The notes beneath the pieces were generated by a model, which worked only from the letters and a program-made list of their open reading frames with translations, searched no databases and was not told the DNA's origin. A DNA stretch of 24,903 nt, taken from positions 1-24,903 of the forward strand of contig SYCH01000248.1 in the NCBI GenBank assembly GCA_005787025.1, given 5' to 3'. The DNA is from Actinomycetota bacterium. Its GTDB lineage: Bacteria > Actinomycetota > Acidimicrobiia > Acidimicrobiales > Ilumatobacteraceae. The position numbers and the translations under genes were made by a program. This document shows positions 15,514-23,434 of the stretch, piece by piece; positions within the stretch are counted from its first letter, which is position 1, and each line of letters opens with the position of its first letter.

Positions 15514-17268
15514 TCAAAGAATGCGCTTGCGCACCCAACCCGAGAGCAGTTCGATCGAATAGACCACCACGAAGATGGTGATGAGAACCGCTCCGACGGT
15601 GCGCAACTGCAGAACCCTCAGAGCATTGAAGAGGATGAAGCCGATTCCTCCACCACCGACGATTCCGAGGATCGTGGAGGTTCGCAAATTGATATCCAAG
15701 GCGTACAGCAGGTTGCTCACGATCGCAGGCATCGCTTGGGGTATCACCGAAGTGGCGATCTCCTGGGTCTTGGTGGCACCAGTGGCGAAGGTCGCCTCAC
15801 GAGGTATCGGATTGATCTCCTCAACGGCGTCGGCGATCAACTTGGCGAGGAATCCCGAGGTTCCGAAAGCCAAGGCCAGGGTTCCGGGCACCGGACCGAG
15901 TCCGATCGCGGCGATGAAGATGACGGCGATGATCAGTTCGGGGATTCCCCGAACCAGCACGAGGAACAATCTCGAGACGCTGTACACGATGCGATTGAAG
16001 GCCACGTTGCGCGCGGCCATCAATCCGAGCGGGATGGACAGGATGGCCCCCATGAACGTGGCCACCAATGCCGCGGCCACCGATTCGATGATCCCATCGA
16101 CGATCGGATCTCGCGCGGTGGAGAAGTCGGGCGGGAAGAGTCGCGTGGTCACCTTCCATACGTCGGGCAACGCCCCGAGTAGCTCCCCCGGGTTCAGCGA
16201 GACGGAGCGAAACGCGATCACGACGAGGGCGACGAACGCCAAGCCGTAAATGGTCTTCATACGCACTTCGCCCACCCACGGCGGACGGATCTTCTCGCGG
16301 TCGAACGGTCGCACGCCTATGTCGTTCTTCATGCGATCCGACCAGAAGCGCGAGAAGATCCGCGCTCCGAGACTGAACTTCGGAACCGACCGACCCACCA
16401 GTGTTCGATCTCCTCCGAGAAGCGTGGCGCGCACGGCGGCCGAGAAGAACTCCATGATGGTGATCAGGACGAAGATCACGGAAACCACACCGAGTGCCTC
16501 GTCGTATTGCAATGACCGAAGGTTGGCTTGCATGAGGAACCCGATACCACCGGCGCCCACGATGCCCAGAACCGACGACGACCGCAGGTTGATGTCCAGT
16601 CGATAGAGAATCGTCGAGATGAAGGAGGGCATCGCCTGTGGGATCACCGAAGTGGTGATCGCCTGCCACTTCGACGCTCCGACCGAGGTCACCGCTTCGC
16701 GCGGCATTTTCTCAGTTTGCTCGATGGCGTCGGCGAACAACTTCCCGACCATGCCGATGGAGTGCAGGCCGAGAGCGATGACCCCGGGCAAAACTCCGAT
16801 CCCGATGGCTCGGACGAAGATGGCCGCGAAAATGAGATCCGGCACTGCACGGCTGAGCACGATGACGCCCCGACACACGGCCATGACCGCGGGATGCGGT
16901 GTGGTGTTGCGCGCCGCCCCCAACGCGATGGGAAAGGACAACACCACCGCGATCGTCGTACCGATGACCGCCATCCACAACGTCTCAAATCCCAGTCGGA
17001 TCGCATCGTCGAGATCGGAGAATTTCGGGGGCAGCATTCGTCCGAGCAGGTTCCGAACGTCACCGATGCCGGCGATCAGTCCACCGAAGCTCATCTCGAT
17101 GTGACGCCATGCCCACACGACCGCCACGATGAAGACCGCCAGAACGACTCGCATCACGATGCGGTCGCCGGTCAGGCGTCGTCGAAGTCGCGAATCGCTC
17201 GAGGGCGGGAACTCGGGGGCCATCGGATCCGAATCCGAGTCGGGAATCGTGGGGACGGGAGAAGTCAT
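15514..17268 (-). CDS. phnE: Phosphonate ABC permease, two PhnE domains fused in one 584-aa ORF
   Basis: Two complete PhnE units (SRAVPDLIFA...GKLFADAIE...LDINLRSSSVLGIVGAGGIG and VRGIPELIIA...AKLIADAVE...LDINLRTSTILGIVGGGGIG) joined by an uninterrupted linker. Confidence 0.93.
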   Translation of the reverse strand: MTSPVPTIPDSDSDPMAPEFPPSSDSRLRRRLTGDRIVMRVVLAVFIVAVVWAWRHIEMSFGGLIAGIGDVRNLLGRMLPPKFSDLDDAIRLGFETLWMAVIGTTIAVVLSFPIALGAARNTTPHPAVMAVCRGVIVLSRAVPDLIFAAIFVRAIGIGVLPGVIALGLHSIGMVGKLFADAIEQTEKMPREAVTSVGASKWQAITTSVIPQAMPSFISTILYRLDINLRSSSVLGIVGAGGIGFLMQANLRSLQYDEALGVVSVIFVLITIMEFFSAAVRATLLGGDRTLVGRSVPKFSLGARIFSRFWSDRMKNDIGVRPFDREKIRPPWVGEVRMKTIYGLAFVALVVIAFRSVSLNPGELLGALPDVWKVTTRLFPPDFSTARDPIVDGIIESVAAALVATFMGAILSIPLGLMAARNVAFNRIVYSVSRLFLVLVRGIPELIIAVIFIAAIGLGPVPGTLALAFGTSGFLAKLIADAVEEINPIPREATFATGATKTQEIATSVIPQAMPAIVSNLLYALDINLRTSTILGIVGGGGIGFILFNALRVLQLRTVGAVLITIFVVVYSIELLSGWVRKRIL

Positions 17269-18092
17269 GCGACGCGGGGGCTCGACGGCACCGAGGGCTT
17301 TTCGACGGAGGCATCAGTCGAACGGCCCGGCTCCACCCGACGATAGACCTCCATCACTGCGGACTCGTCGAGATTGTCGACTTCTCGATCCAACACCACC
17401 TGCCCGTCGCGCAATCCGACGATGCGTTGCGCCCAACCGAGCGCCAGTTCAACCTGGTGCAGTGTGCAGATCACGGTGAGTTGATCCTCGACGACGATCC
17501 GAAACAGAACGTCCATCACCTGCGCCGACGACTCCGGGTCCAATGACGCGACTGGTTCGTCGGCCAACAGAAGCTTCGGGCGCTGCATCAATGTGCGGGC
17601 GATGGCCACTCGCTGTTGCTGGCCGCCCGAAAGGGTGTCGGATCGCTGGAACGCACGATCACCAAGACCGACTCGGTCGAGGTTCTCGAGCGCTTCACGA
17701 CGCAGCGCCTTGGGATACATCAACGTCCCGAAGCGCGGTCCACTGAGTCGACCGAGCGCGCCGGACAGGACGTTTTCCAATGCGGTGAGACGCCCCACCA
17801 ATCCGAATGACTGGAACACGAAACCAACGTCGCGGCGGAGCTCGCGAAGTTCACGGCGACCCGCCGCCACGACGTTGGTCCCCAACACTTCGACGAAACC
17901 CGACGAGGGAGGGATCAGGCCGTGGAGATGTCGGAGAAGAGTGGACTTACCGCTTCCCGACAAGCCGATCAGTGACAGCAGCTGACCCTTGGGAACCGCC
18001 AGATCGACCTGGTCGAGAGCCAGGGGACCGTTGGGGAACTTCTTGGACAGTCCGGTCACCCGAACGGCGTTGTCGGGAAGCGGGGAGGTCAT
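17265..18092 (-). CDS. phnC: Phosphonate ABC transporter ATPase
   Basis: GLSGSGKSTLLR, LTALENVLSGALGR, LSGGQQQRVAIAR, LLADEPVASLDPESS and LHQVELA. Confidence 0.96.
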   Translation of the reverse strand: MTSPLPDNAVRVTGLSKKFPNGPLALDQVDLAVPKGQLLSLIGLSGSGKSTLLRHLHGLIPPSSGFVEVLGTNVVAAGRRELRELRRDVGFVFQSFGLVGRLTALENVLSGALGRLSGPRFGTLMYPKALRREALENLDRVGLGDRAFQRSDTLSGGQQQRVAIARTLMQRPKLLLADEPVASLDPESSAQVMDVLFRIVVEDQLTVICTLHQVELALGWAQRIVGLRDGQVVLDREVDNLDESAVMEVYRRVEPGRSTDASVEKPSVPSSPRVA

Positions 18093-18099
18093 GGTCGAA

Positions 18100-19104
18100 T
18101 CAGCCCTCGCACTTGGCCGACTTGGTGGCCTCGCACACCGCGCGGACCCCGTCGTAGAACGAGTCGGCGACAGGGACCCAGCCCCAAGCGTTCTCGTCGG
18201 TCAAACCGCAGTCGTCCGCGCTCGTGCAGCGACCATCGGCGAGCAACGCGTCACGATTGGCGACTTCCAGAACCAGGCGGATGATCTCGGCCTTCAACGA
18301 CTCGGGGAGACCGTTCTGCATCGCCAGCGGCGAGCCGGCGATGACTTCGGACTTCCACACCGTGGTGATGTCACCTTCGGCGATGTCACCGGCCTCGATG
18401 AGGACCGAGTCGACCATGGCGTCGAACGCGAAGCCGGCGTCGCAGTCACCGTTGTTGACGGAAATGACGGAGGCATCATGTCCACCGGCGAAAACCGGCG
18501 TCACGTCGGCTTCCGGATCGATGCCGAGTTCCAACAGGCCAGCCGAGGGATACAAGTATCCCGAGGTCGAGCCCGGGTCGACGAAGCAGATCTTCTTACC
18601 GCGGAAACCCTCGAGATCGGTGATGTCGCTGCCGGTCTTCACGATTCCGTAGCTCTGGTAACCGGGCTCCTCGTCGGGTGCGTCGACGAGAGCGCCGATC
18701 GGATCGATGTCGGCGCCGTTGAACTTGGCGATCACGTACGAGAACGGACCATATTGCGCCAAGTCCACCTTGCCCGAGATCTGGGCCTCGATGATTCCGG
18801 CGTAGTCGGTCGCCTGGAAGAATTCGACTTCGAGTTCCAGCTCCTCTTCGAGGACCTGAATCAATTTGCTGTAGCTCTCGACGAGAGCGGTGCTTTCCTC
18901 GGAGGGAACGGCACCCAAAACGATCTTGTCGGGCCAATCCGCCTTCGGATCGGCTTGTGTGGTGGTCGGGGCCTCCGAACTGGCGGGCGCCTCGCTGGAC
19001 GGCGACGACTCGCTGTCGTCGCTACCGCAAGCGACCAACATCGACAGTGACGCCACGGCGATTGCCAAAACCGGCAACTTCCTCGTGTGATTTCCGAAAA
19101 GCAT
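18100..19104 (-). CDS. phnD: Phosphonate/phosphite ABC substrate-binding lipoprotein
   Basis: Lipobox LVAC, TDYAGIIEA, GPFSYV, DPGSTSGYLYP and AGGHDAS; strong AGGAGG RBS. Confidence 0.95.
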   Translation of the reverse strand: MLFGNHTRKLPVLAIAVASLSMLVACGSDDSESSPSSEAPASSEAPTTTQADPKADWPDKIVLGAVPSEESTALVESYSKLIQVLEEELELEVEFFQATDYAGIIEAQISGKVDLAQYGPFSYVIAKFNGADIDPIGALVDAPDEEPGYQSYGIVKTGSDITDLEGFRGKKICFVDPGSTSGYLYPSAGLLELGIDPEADVTPVFAGGHDASVISVNNGDCDAGFAFDAMVDSVLIEAGDIAEGDITTVWKSEVIAGSPLAMQNGLPESLKAEIIRLVLEVANRDALLADGRCTSADDCGLTDENAWGWVPVADSFYDGVRAVCEATKSAKCEG

Positions 19105-19137
19105 TCTTTCCTCCTAAGTGTGGCTTCTTGCCACTTT

Positions 19138-19248
19138 GTTCACGATGGTGAACGTAGGAGTCGAAACTGAATGTGAATAGCGCCCGAGATAAACCCCGAC
19201 TGAATAGTCGGTGTAACTCGGACGAACGAGCACACTTGTCAATACAGG
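19138..19248 (-). promoter_or_regulatory. phnD upstream region: GTTCAC-N4-GTGAAC palindrome and other dyads
   Basis: GTTCAC-GATG-GTGAAC at 19138-19153, CCGAC-N6-GTCGG at 19196-19211, and CTTGTCAATACAGG at about 19235-19248 (minus strand contains TTGACA). The region is more AT-rich than the coding DNA. Confidence 0.45.
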
Positions 19249-19264
19249 TAGTGCGAGCAGGGCC

Positions 19265-20611
19265 TCAAGCCTTTGTCGGTATCGAGAACCCCACCTCGGC
19301 ACCGCCACCGGGACGATTGCGGGCCACCACCGTTCCGCCATGCGAGGTGGCCACCTCGGCCACGATCGACAATCCGAGTCCCGAGCCGGGCATGGTGCGC
19401 GCGGTCACCGAACGATGGAAACGGTCGAAGACGTTGGGCAGGTCGGCCTCGGGGATGCCGGGTCCGCGATCGGACACGACGATCGTTCCCCGGTTCACGA
19501 CGACCTCGATGGGTGAGTTCGACGGGTCGAACTTGGTCGCGTTGTCGATGAGGTTGGAGATCGCCCGCTCCAGAAGGGCCGGGCGTACCATCACGATCGA
19601 ATCGTCGGCCGTCACCACGATGTCGCGCGAGACACGACGACGCGCCTTGGCCACCACGCGCTCGACGGACTCCGACAACAGCACCGGCTCGGGCAGTTCG
19701 GTGGTGTGTCGATCGGCGGCCACCGCCACCACCTCCTCGACCAGGGTCGACAACTCTGTCGTGTCGCGATCGATGTCGGCCAACACCTGCGCGCGCATGG
19801 CGTCATCCATCGTCGGGTGACGCCGCAACACGTCGAGGTTGGTGCGCAGGCTCGTCAGGGGCGTGCGCAACTCGTGACCGGCGTCCTCGACGAGACGCTG
19901 TTGCTGCTCCTTGGAACGGGCCAACGCCGTCAACATCTCGCCGAAGGACCGTCCGAGTCGACCGGCTTCGTCGCGACCGGTGACCGGTGCGTCGAGATTC
20001 AGGCGACCGGTTGCGGCCACGTCCTCGACCGCGATCGAGAGTCGTCGCAACCGCGACGTGACGCGCAGCGCGATGAGCCAACCGACCACCGCGGCCAGTG
20101 CCGCCACCAACGTCGACAACAACACCGTGCGGGTGCGCAGATCGGCCAACACGTTGTCGGTCTCGGCGAGATCGCGGCCCACCCGCACGACTCCGATGGG
20201 CGTCGCGAACGATCGCAAGCGATACGTGGAGCCATCGTCGGCTCGTTCGGTCGAGATCCACGGCGCACCATCGCCCTGCATCGAACCCACGACCGTCGAC
20301 GGGACGGGGATCGTCACGCCGTCGGTGGCCGCCAGCACCTCGCCGGAGGGATCGACCAACTGCACGACGAACTGCTCGATACCCAACGGGCGTTCGGGAA
20401 TGGAGAGACGGAGGTTCTCGAACGAACCCGGCCGGTCACCTCGACCGCCTCCTCGTCGATCGAGGAACCGATCGGTGGCGTTCACCAGCGAACGGTCGAT
20501 CTCGGTCATCAGACGCGACTGCGTCGACTGGTAGGACAACGTACCGACCAGTCCGGTACCGAGCGCGGCGATCACCGCCAGCGCCAGCGTGAGTTTCCAG
20601 CGCAGACTCAC
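19265..20611 (-). CDS. Sensor histidine kinase (2 TM, HAMP, HisKA, HATPase), MprB-like
   Basis: DAGHELRTPLTSL H-box, NLIDNATKF N-box, DRGPGIP, FDRFHR and GSGLGL; GTGA overlap with the regulator. Confidence 0.95.
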   Translation of the reverse strand: MSLRWKLTLALAVIAALGTGLVGTLSYQSTQSRLMTEIDRSLVNATDRFLDRRGGGRGDRPGSFENLRLSIPERPLGIEQFVVQLVDPSGEVLAATDGVTIPVPSTVVGSMQGDGAPWISTERADDGSTYRLRSFATPIGVVRVGRDLAETDNVLADLRTRTVLLSTLVAALAAVVGWLIALRVTSRLRRLSIAVEDVAATGRLNLDAPVTGRDEAGRLGRSFGEMLTALARSKEQQQRLVEDAGHELRTPLTSLRTNLDVLRRHPTMDDAMRAQVLADIDRDTTELSTLVEEVVAVAADRHTTELPEPVLLSESVERVVAKARRRVSRDIVVTADDSIVMVRPALLERAISNLIDNATKFDPSNSPIEVVVNRGTIVVSDRGPGIPEADLPNVFDRFHRSVTARTMPGSGLGLSIVAEVATSHGGTVVARNRPGGGAEVGFSIPTKA

Positions 20612-21315
20612 GACGACGCCACCCGGGCCGTGTATCCCACCCCGCGAACCGTGTGGATGAGACGCGCGTGCCCGTCGAGATCCACCTTGCGCCGGATGTA
20701 GCCGATGTACACCGCCAGATTCTTGGATTCCGGACCGAAGTCGTATCCCCAGATGCGGTCGTAGATGGTGGAGTGATCGAGGACGATCCCCGTGTTACGC
20801 ACCAACAACTCCAGCAGTTCGAACTCGGTCTTGGACAGATCCAACTCGTGACCGCCACGGAACACCCGTCGCGCCGCGGTGTCGATGCGCAGATCGTCGA
20901 GCACCAGATCGTCGCGACCGCCGTCGTCGACCACCGGGGTGGTGCGACGGAGCAGCGCGCGCAGACGAGCCAGCAACTCCTCGAGCGCGAACGGCTTGGG
21001 AAGGTAGTCGTCGGCACCGGCGTCGAGACCCTGCACCCGGTCGCTGGTCTCGGACCGGGCGGTGAGCATCAGCACGGGAAGTCTGTTCTTCTCCGAGCGC
21101 AGCACCCGACAGACGGTGAGTCCGTCGATGACCGGCATCATCAGATCCAACACGAGAGCGTCGTGCTCGCCGACCCTGATCATCTCGAGGGCCGCCGCAC
21201 CGTCGTTGGCCGCCTCGACCCGATAGCCCTCCAGGGTGAGAGCGCGCACCAGGCTTTCGCGCACCGCCTTGTCGTCGTCGGCGACGAGAACGCGTTGGGG
21301 ACCGGTATTCGCCAT
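20608..21315 (-). CDS. OmpR-family response regulator, MprA-like
   Basis: VLVADDD, LDLMMP (phospho-Asp), LMLTAR, GLDAGADDYLPKPFALEELLARLRALLRR; winged-helix C-terminus VYIGYIRRK...HTVRGVGY. Confidence 0.96.
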   Translation of the reverse strand: MANTGPQRVLVADDDKAVRESLVRALTLEGYRVEAANDGAAALEMIRVGEHDALVLDLMMPVIDGLTVCRVLRSEKNRLPVLMLTARSETSDRVQGLDAGADDYLPKPFALEELLARLRALLRRTTPVVDDGGRDDLVLDDLRIDTAARRVFRGGHELDLSKTEFELLELLVRNTGIVLDHSTIYDRIWGYDFGPESKNLAVYIGYIRRKVDLDGHARLIHTVRGVGYTARVASS

Positions 21316-21321
21316 GCCCGA

Positions 21322-21355
21322 AGTCTGCCCGCCACGGGTAAGAGTCGGGTGAGAA
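21322..21355 (-). promoter_or_regulatory. Autoregulatory direct-repeat box and leaderless promoter of the response regulator
   Basis: Minus strand reads TTCTCAC-CCGA-CTCTTAC (11-nt phase), 10 nt, CAGACT, 6 nt, ATG 21315. Confidence 0.7.
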
Positions 21356-21367
21356 GGCCCCGAGGAG

Positions 21368-21373
21368 TACCGT
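21368..21373 (+). promoter_or_regulatory. Candidate -10 (TACCGT) of a leaderless CLC transcript
   Basis: TACCGT, then 6 nt, then the GTG start at 21380. Confidence 0.55.
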
Positions 21374-21379
21374 GATCGG

Positions 21380-22645
21380 GTGGATTTCGACGTGGTGAGA
21401 CGCTTCGTTCACGGGTCCACGATCGTGCTGGCGTCCGTCGTCGTCGGTGCCGTCGGGGGTCTCGGCTCGTGGGCTCTCTTCGAGGCCCTCGACCACGCCA
21501 CGTCCACACGGATCGCCAACGACTGGCTGGTGTGGTTGTTGCCGCTCGCCGCCGGCCTGCTCGGACTCGCCTACTGGCGTTTCGGCGGTACGGCCAATCG
21601 CGGAACCTCGATCGTGATCGCCAACGCGAACGACGACGGGTCGACTCCGCCCGAGCGGGTGCCGGCCCGCATGGCGCCGATGATCTTCGGGGCCACGTAC
21701 GTCGCCCAGCTCACCGGCGCATCGGTCGGCCGCGAGGGGGCCGCGTTGCAGATCAGCGGCTCGCTCACCTCGTTGCTCGCGCGACCGCTGCGTTTGAACG
21801 ACGCCGACCGACGCTCGTTGATGACCGCCGCCATGGCCGGGGCGTTCGGAGGGGCGTTCGGCGTGCCTCTGGCCGGTGCGATCTTCGGTGTCGAGGTTCA
21901 ACGTCAAGGCCGACTGCGCTACGAGGGGGTCCTTCCGGCCCTGGCCGCCTCGGTCACCGCGGACCTGGTGGTCGAGGGCCTCGGCCGCTCCACGCCGATG
22001 GGATCCCTCGACGTGTCCCTCGATTGGTGGATGGCGACCCGCTTGGCGGTCCTCGGCGTCGTCGCCGGACTCGCGGCCCGGCTCTTCGTGGTGTCATTGC
22101 GCGCGGTGCGGACGCTCTCCGAGCGCTTCGTGTCACCGACACCGTTGCGACCGGTCGTCGGCGGGATCGCCACCGTGGCGCTCGTGTTGCTGCTGGGCCG
22201 GGACTATCTCGGACTCTCGTTGCCGCTCGTCGATCACGCGCTGGCCGGCGATCTGGCCGACTGGTGGGATCCGTTGTTGAAGATCCTCTTCACGACGGTG
22301 GCGCTCGGATGCGGTATCCCCGGTGGCGAGGTCACGCCCCTGTTCGTCGTGGGGGCCACTCTCGGATCGGTGATGTCGGCTCCTCTCGGACTCCCCGCGA
22401 CGATCACCGCGGCGGTCTGTCTCGGAGCCGTGTTTGGCGCGGCGTCGAACACGCCGTTGGCGTGCTCCGTGTTGGTGGTCGAGTTGTTCGGCGCACAGAC
22501 CGCCGTGCCGGCCGCCATCGTCGGGTTCGTCGCCTGGTTCGTCTCGCCACGCGACGGCATCTACTCCGGGCAACGGCCCGGATTCACCAAGGACCTTCGA
22601 GGTCCGAGCCCCCGGGCCAACGCAACGCCACCACCTCGCGCATGA
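21380..22645 (+). CDS. CLC-family anion channel/antiporter without CBS domains, CLC-F (fluoride)-like signature
   Basis: GASVGREGAALQ, FGVPLAGAIFGVE, GGEVTPLF and FGAASNTPLA; lacks the canonical GSGIP (has GTSIV). Confidence 0.9.
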   Translation: MDFDVVRRFVHGSTIVLASVVVGAVGGLGSWALFEALDHATSTRIANDWLVWLLPLAAGLLGLAYWRFGGTANRGTSIVIANANDDGSTPPERVPARMAPMIFGATYVAQLTGASVGREGAALQISGSLTSLLARPLRLNDADRRSLMTAAMAGAFGGAFGVPLAGAIFGVEVQRQGRLRYEGVLPALAASVTADLVVEGLGRSTPMGSLDVSLDWWMATRLAVLGVVAGLAARLFVVSLRAVRTLSERFVSPTPLRPVVGGIATVALVLLLGRDYLGLSLPLVDHALAGDLADWWDPLLKILFTTVALGCGIPGGEVTPLFVVGATLGSVMSAPLGLPATITAAVCLGAVFGAASNTPLACSVLVVELFGAQTAVPAAIVGFVAWFVSPRDGIYSGQRPGFTKDLRGPSPRANATPPPRA

Positions 22646-23432
22646 AGTTCGGCGGATGAACCGCCAACCACTCCCGCAGCTCGTCATCGCGATCCGATCC
22701 GAGGCACAGTCGACGTCGCGCCGACGCCACCAGCGCCACGGGATCGTCGGCGTGACGCGACAGCGCGGGACGCGGGAGCTCGATCACCTCGGGTTCGATC
22801 CCCAGTGCGTTCAACACCGCCACCGCGTCGTCCGACGTCGGACCGACGGGGCGATCGAGGTTCCAGAAGTGCTTCCACGCGTCGTTCCACGCCGACATCG
22901 GATGGCGCCTCGGCAACACCGCGACCACGCCGAGGCGGGCGACGGTGGTGAGAGCCACCACGAACGGCTCGATGTCGGGCACGTTGAACAGGACGTGGTG
23001 ACAGACCACGACGTCGAAGCGCCCCACAGGGGTTCCCGACAGTTCCGCCTCGATCGCCACGTCGGGCCAGCGTCCCTCGATCTCGCGATGTCCGATCCCC
23101 GCGCTCTCGGCCGATGCGGCGAACCGCTCGAGCATCGCCCGACTGCCGTCGACACCGGTGACGTGTCGGGCCCGCGGGCCCAACGGAAGGGACGACCGCC
23201 CACCACCGCAACCGACGTCGAGAACCGAACCCCCGTCGGGCGGCAACAACTCCCGAGCCAACGCGTGCACCGGATCGTCGGGGTCGGCCGTGTCGTCCAT
23301 GGCGAACGTGGCGGGGTCGTGCGACCACGGTGGCACCTCGGCCCGCGCCACGATCTCGTCGGGTATGGCCCAACTCGCCAGCATCTCGGCCCACCGCGCT
23401 CCGGCGGGCGTGAGGGCGGCGGTCTCCGACAC
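22584..23432 (-). CDS. Class I SAM-dependent methyltransferase
   Basis: VLDVGCGGG, VTGVDGS-AML, RFDVVVCHHVLFNV; 62-nt convergent overlap with the CLC gene. Confidence 0.88.
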   Translation of the reverse strand: MSETAALTPAGARWAEMLASWAIPDEIVARAEVPPWSHDPATFAMDDTADPDDPVHALARELLPPDGGSVLDVGCGGGRSSLPLGPRARHVTGVDGSRAMLERFAASAESAGIGHREIEGRWPDVAIEAELSGTPVGRFDVVVCHHVLFNVPDIEPFVVALTTVARLGVVAVLPRRHPMSAWNDAWKHFWNLDRPVGPTSDDAVAVLNALGIEPEVIELPRPALSRHADDPVALVASARRRLCLGSDRDDELREWLAVHPPNFMREVVALRWPGGSDLEGPW

Positions 23433-23434
23433 GT

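Noticed and set aside
19237-19242. Perfect TTGACA -35 for phnD
   Set aside because: No TANNNT at 16-19 nt spacing, so kept only as part of a low-confidence regulatory region.
3605-19264. AGCAGGG at both putative island edges as a target-site duplication
   Set aside because: Only 7 bp, the left copy is inside the MOSC coding sequence, and it is expected by chance.
21316-21379. Fluoride riboswitch upstream of the CLC gene
   Set aside because: No GATGG...CTGATG pseudoknot pattern and no room for a leader.
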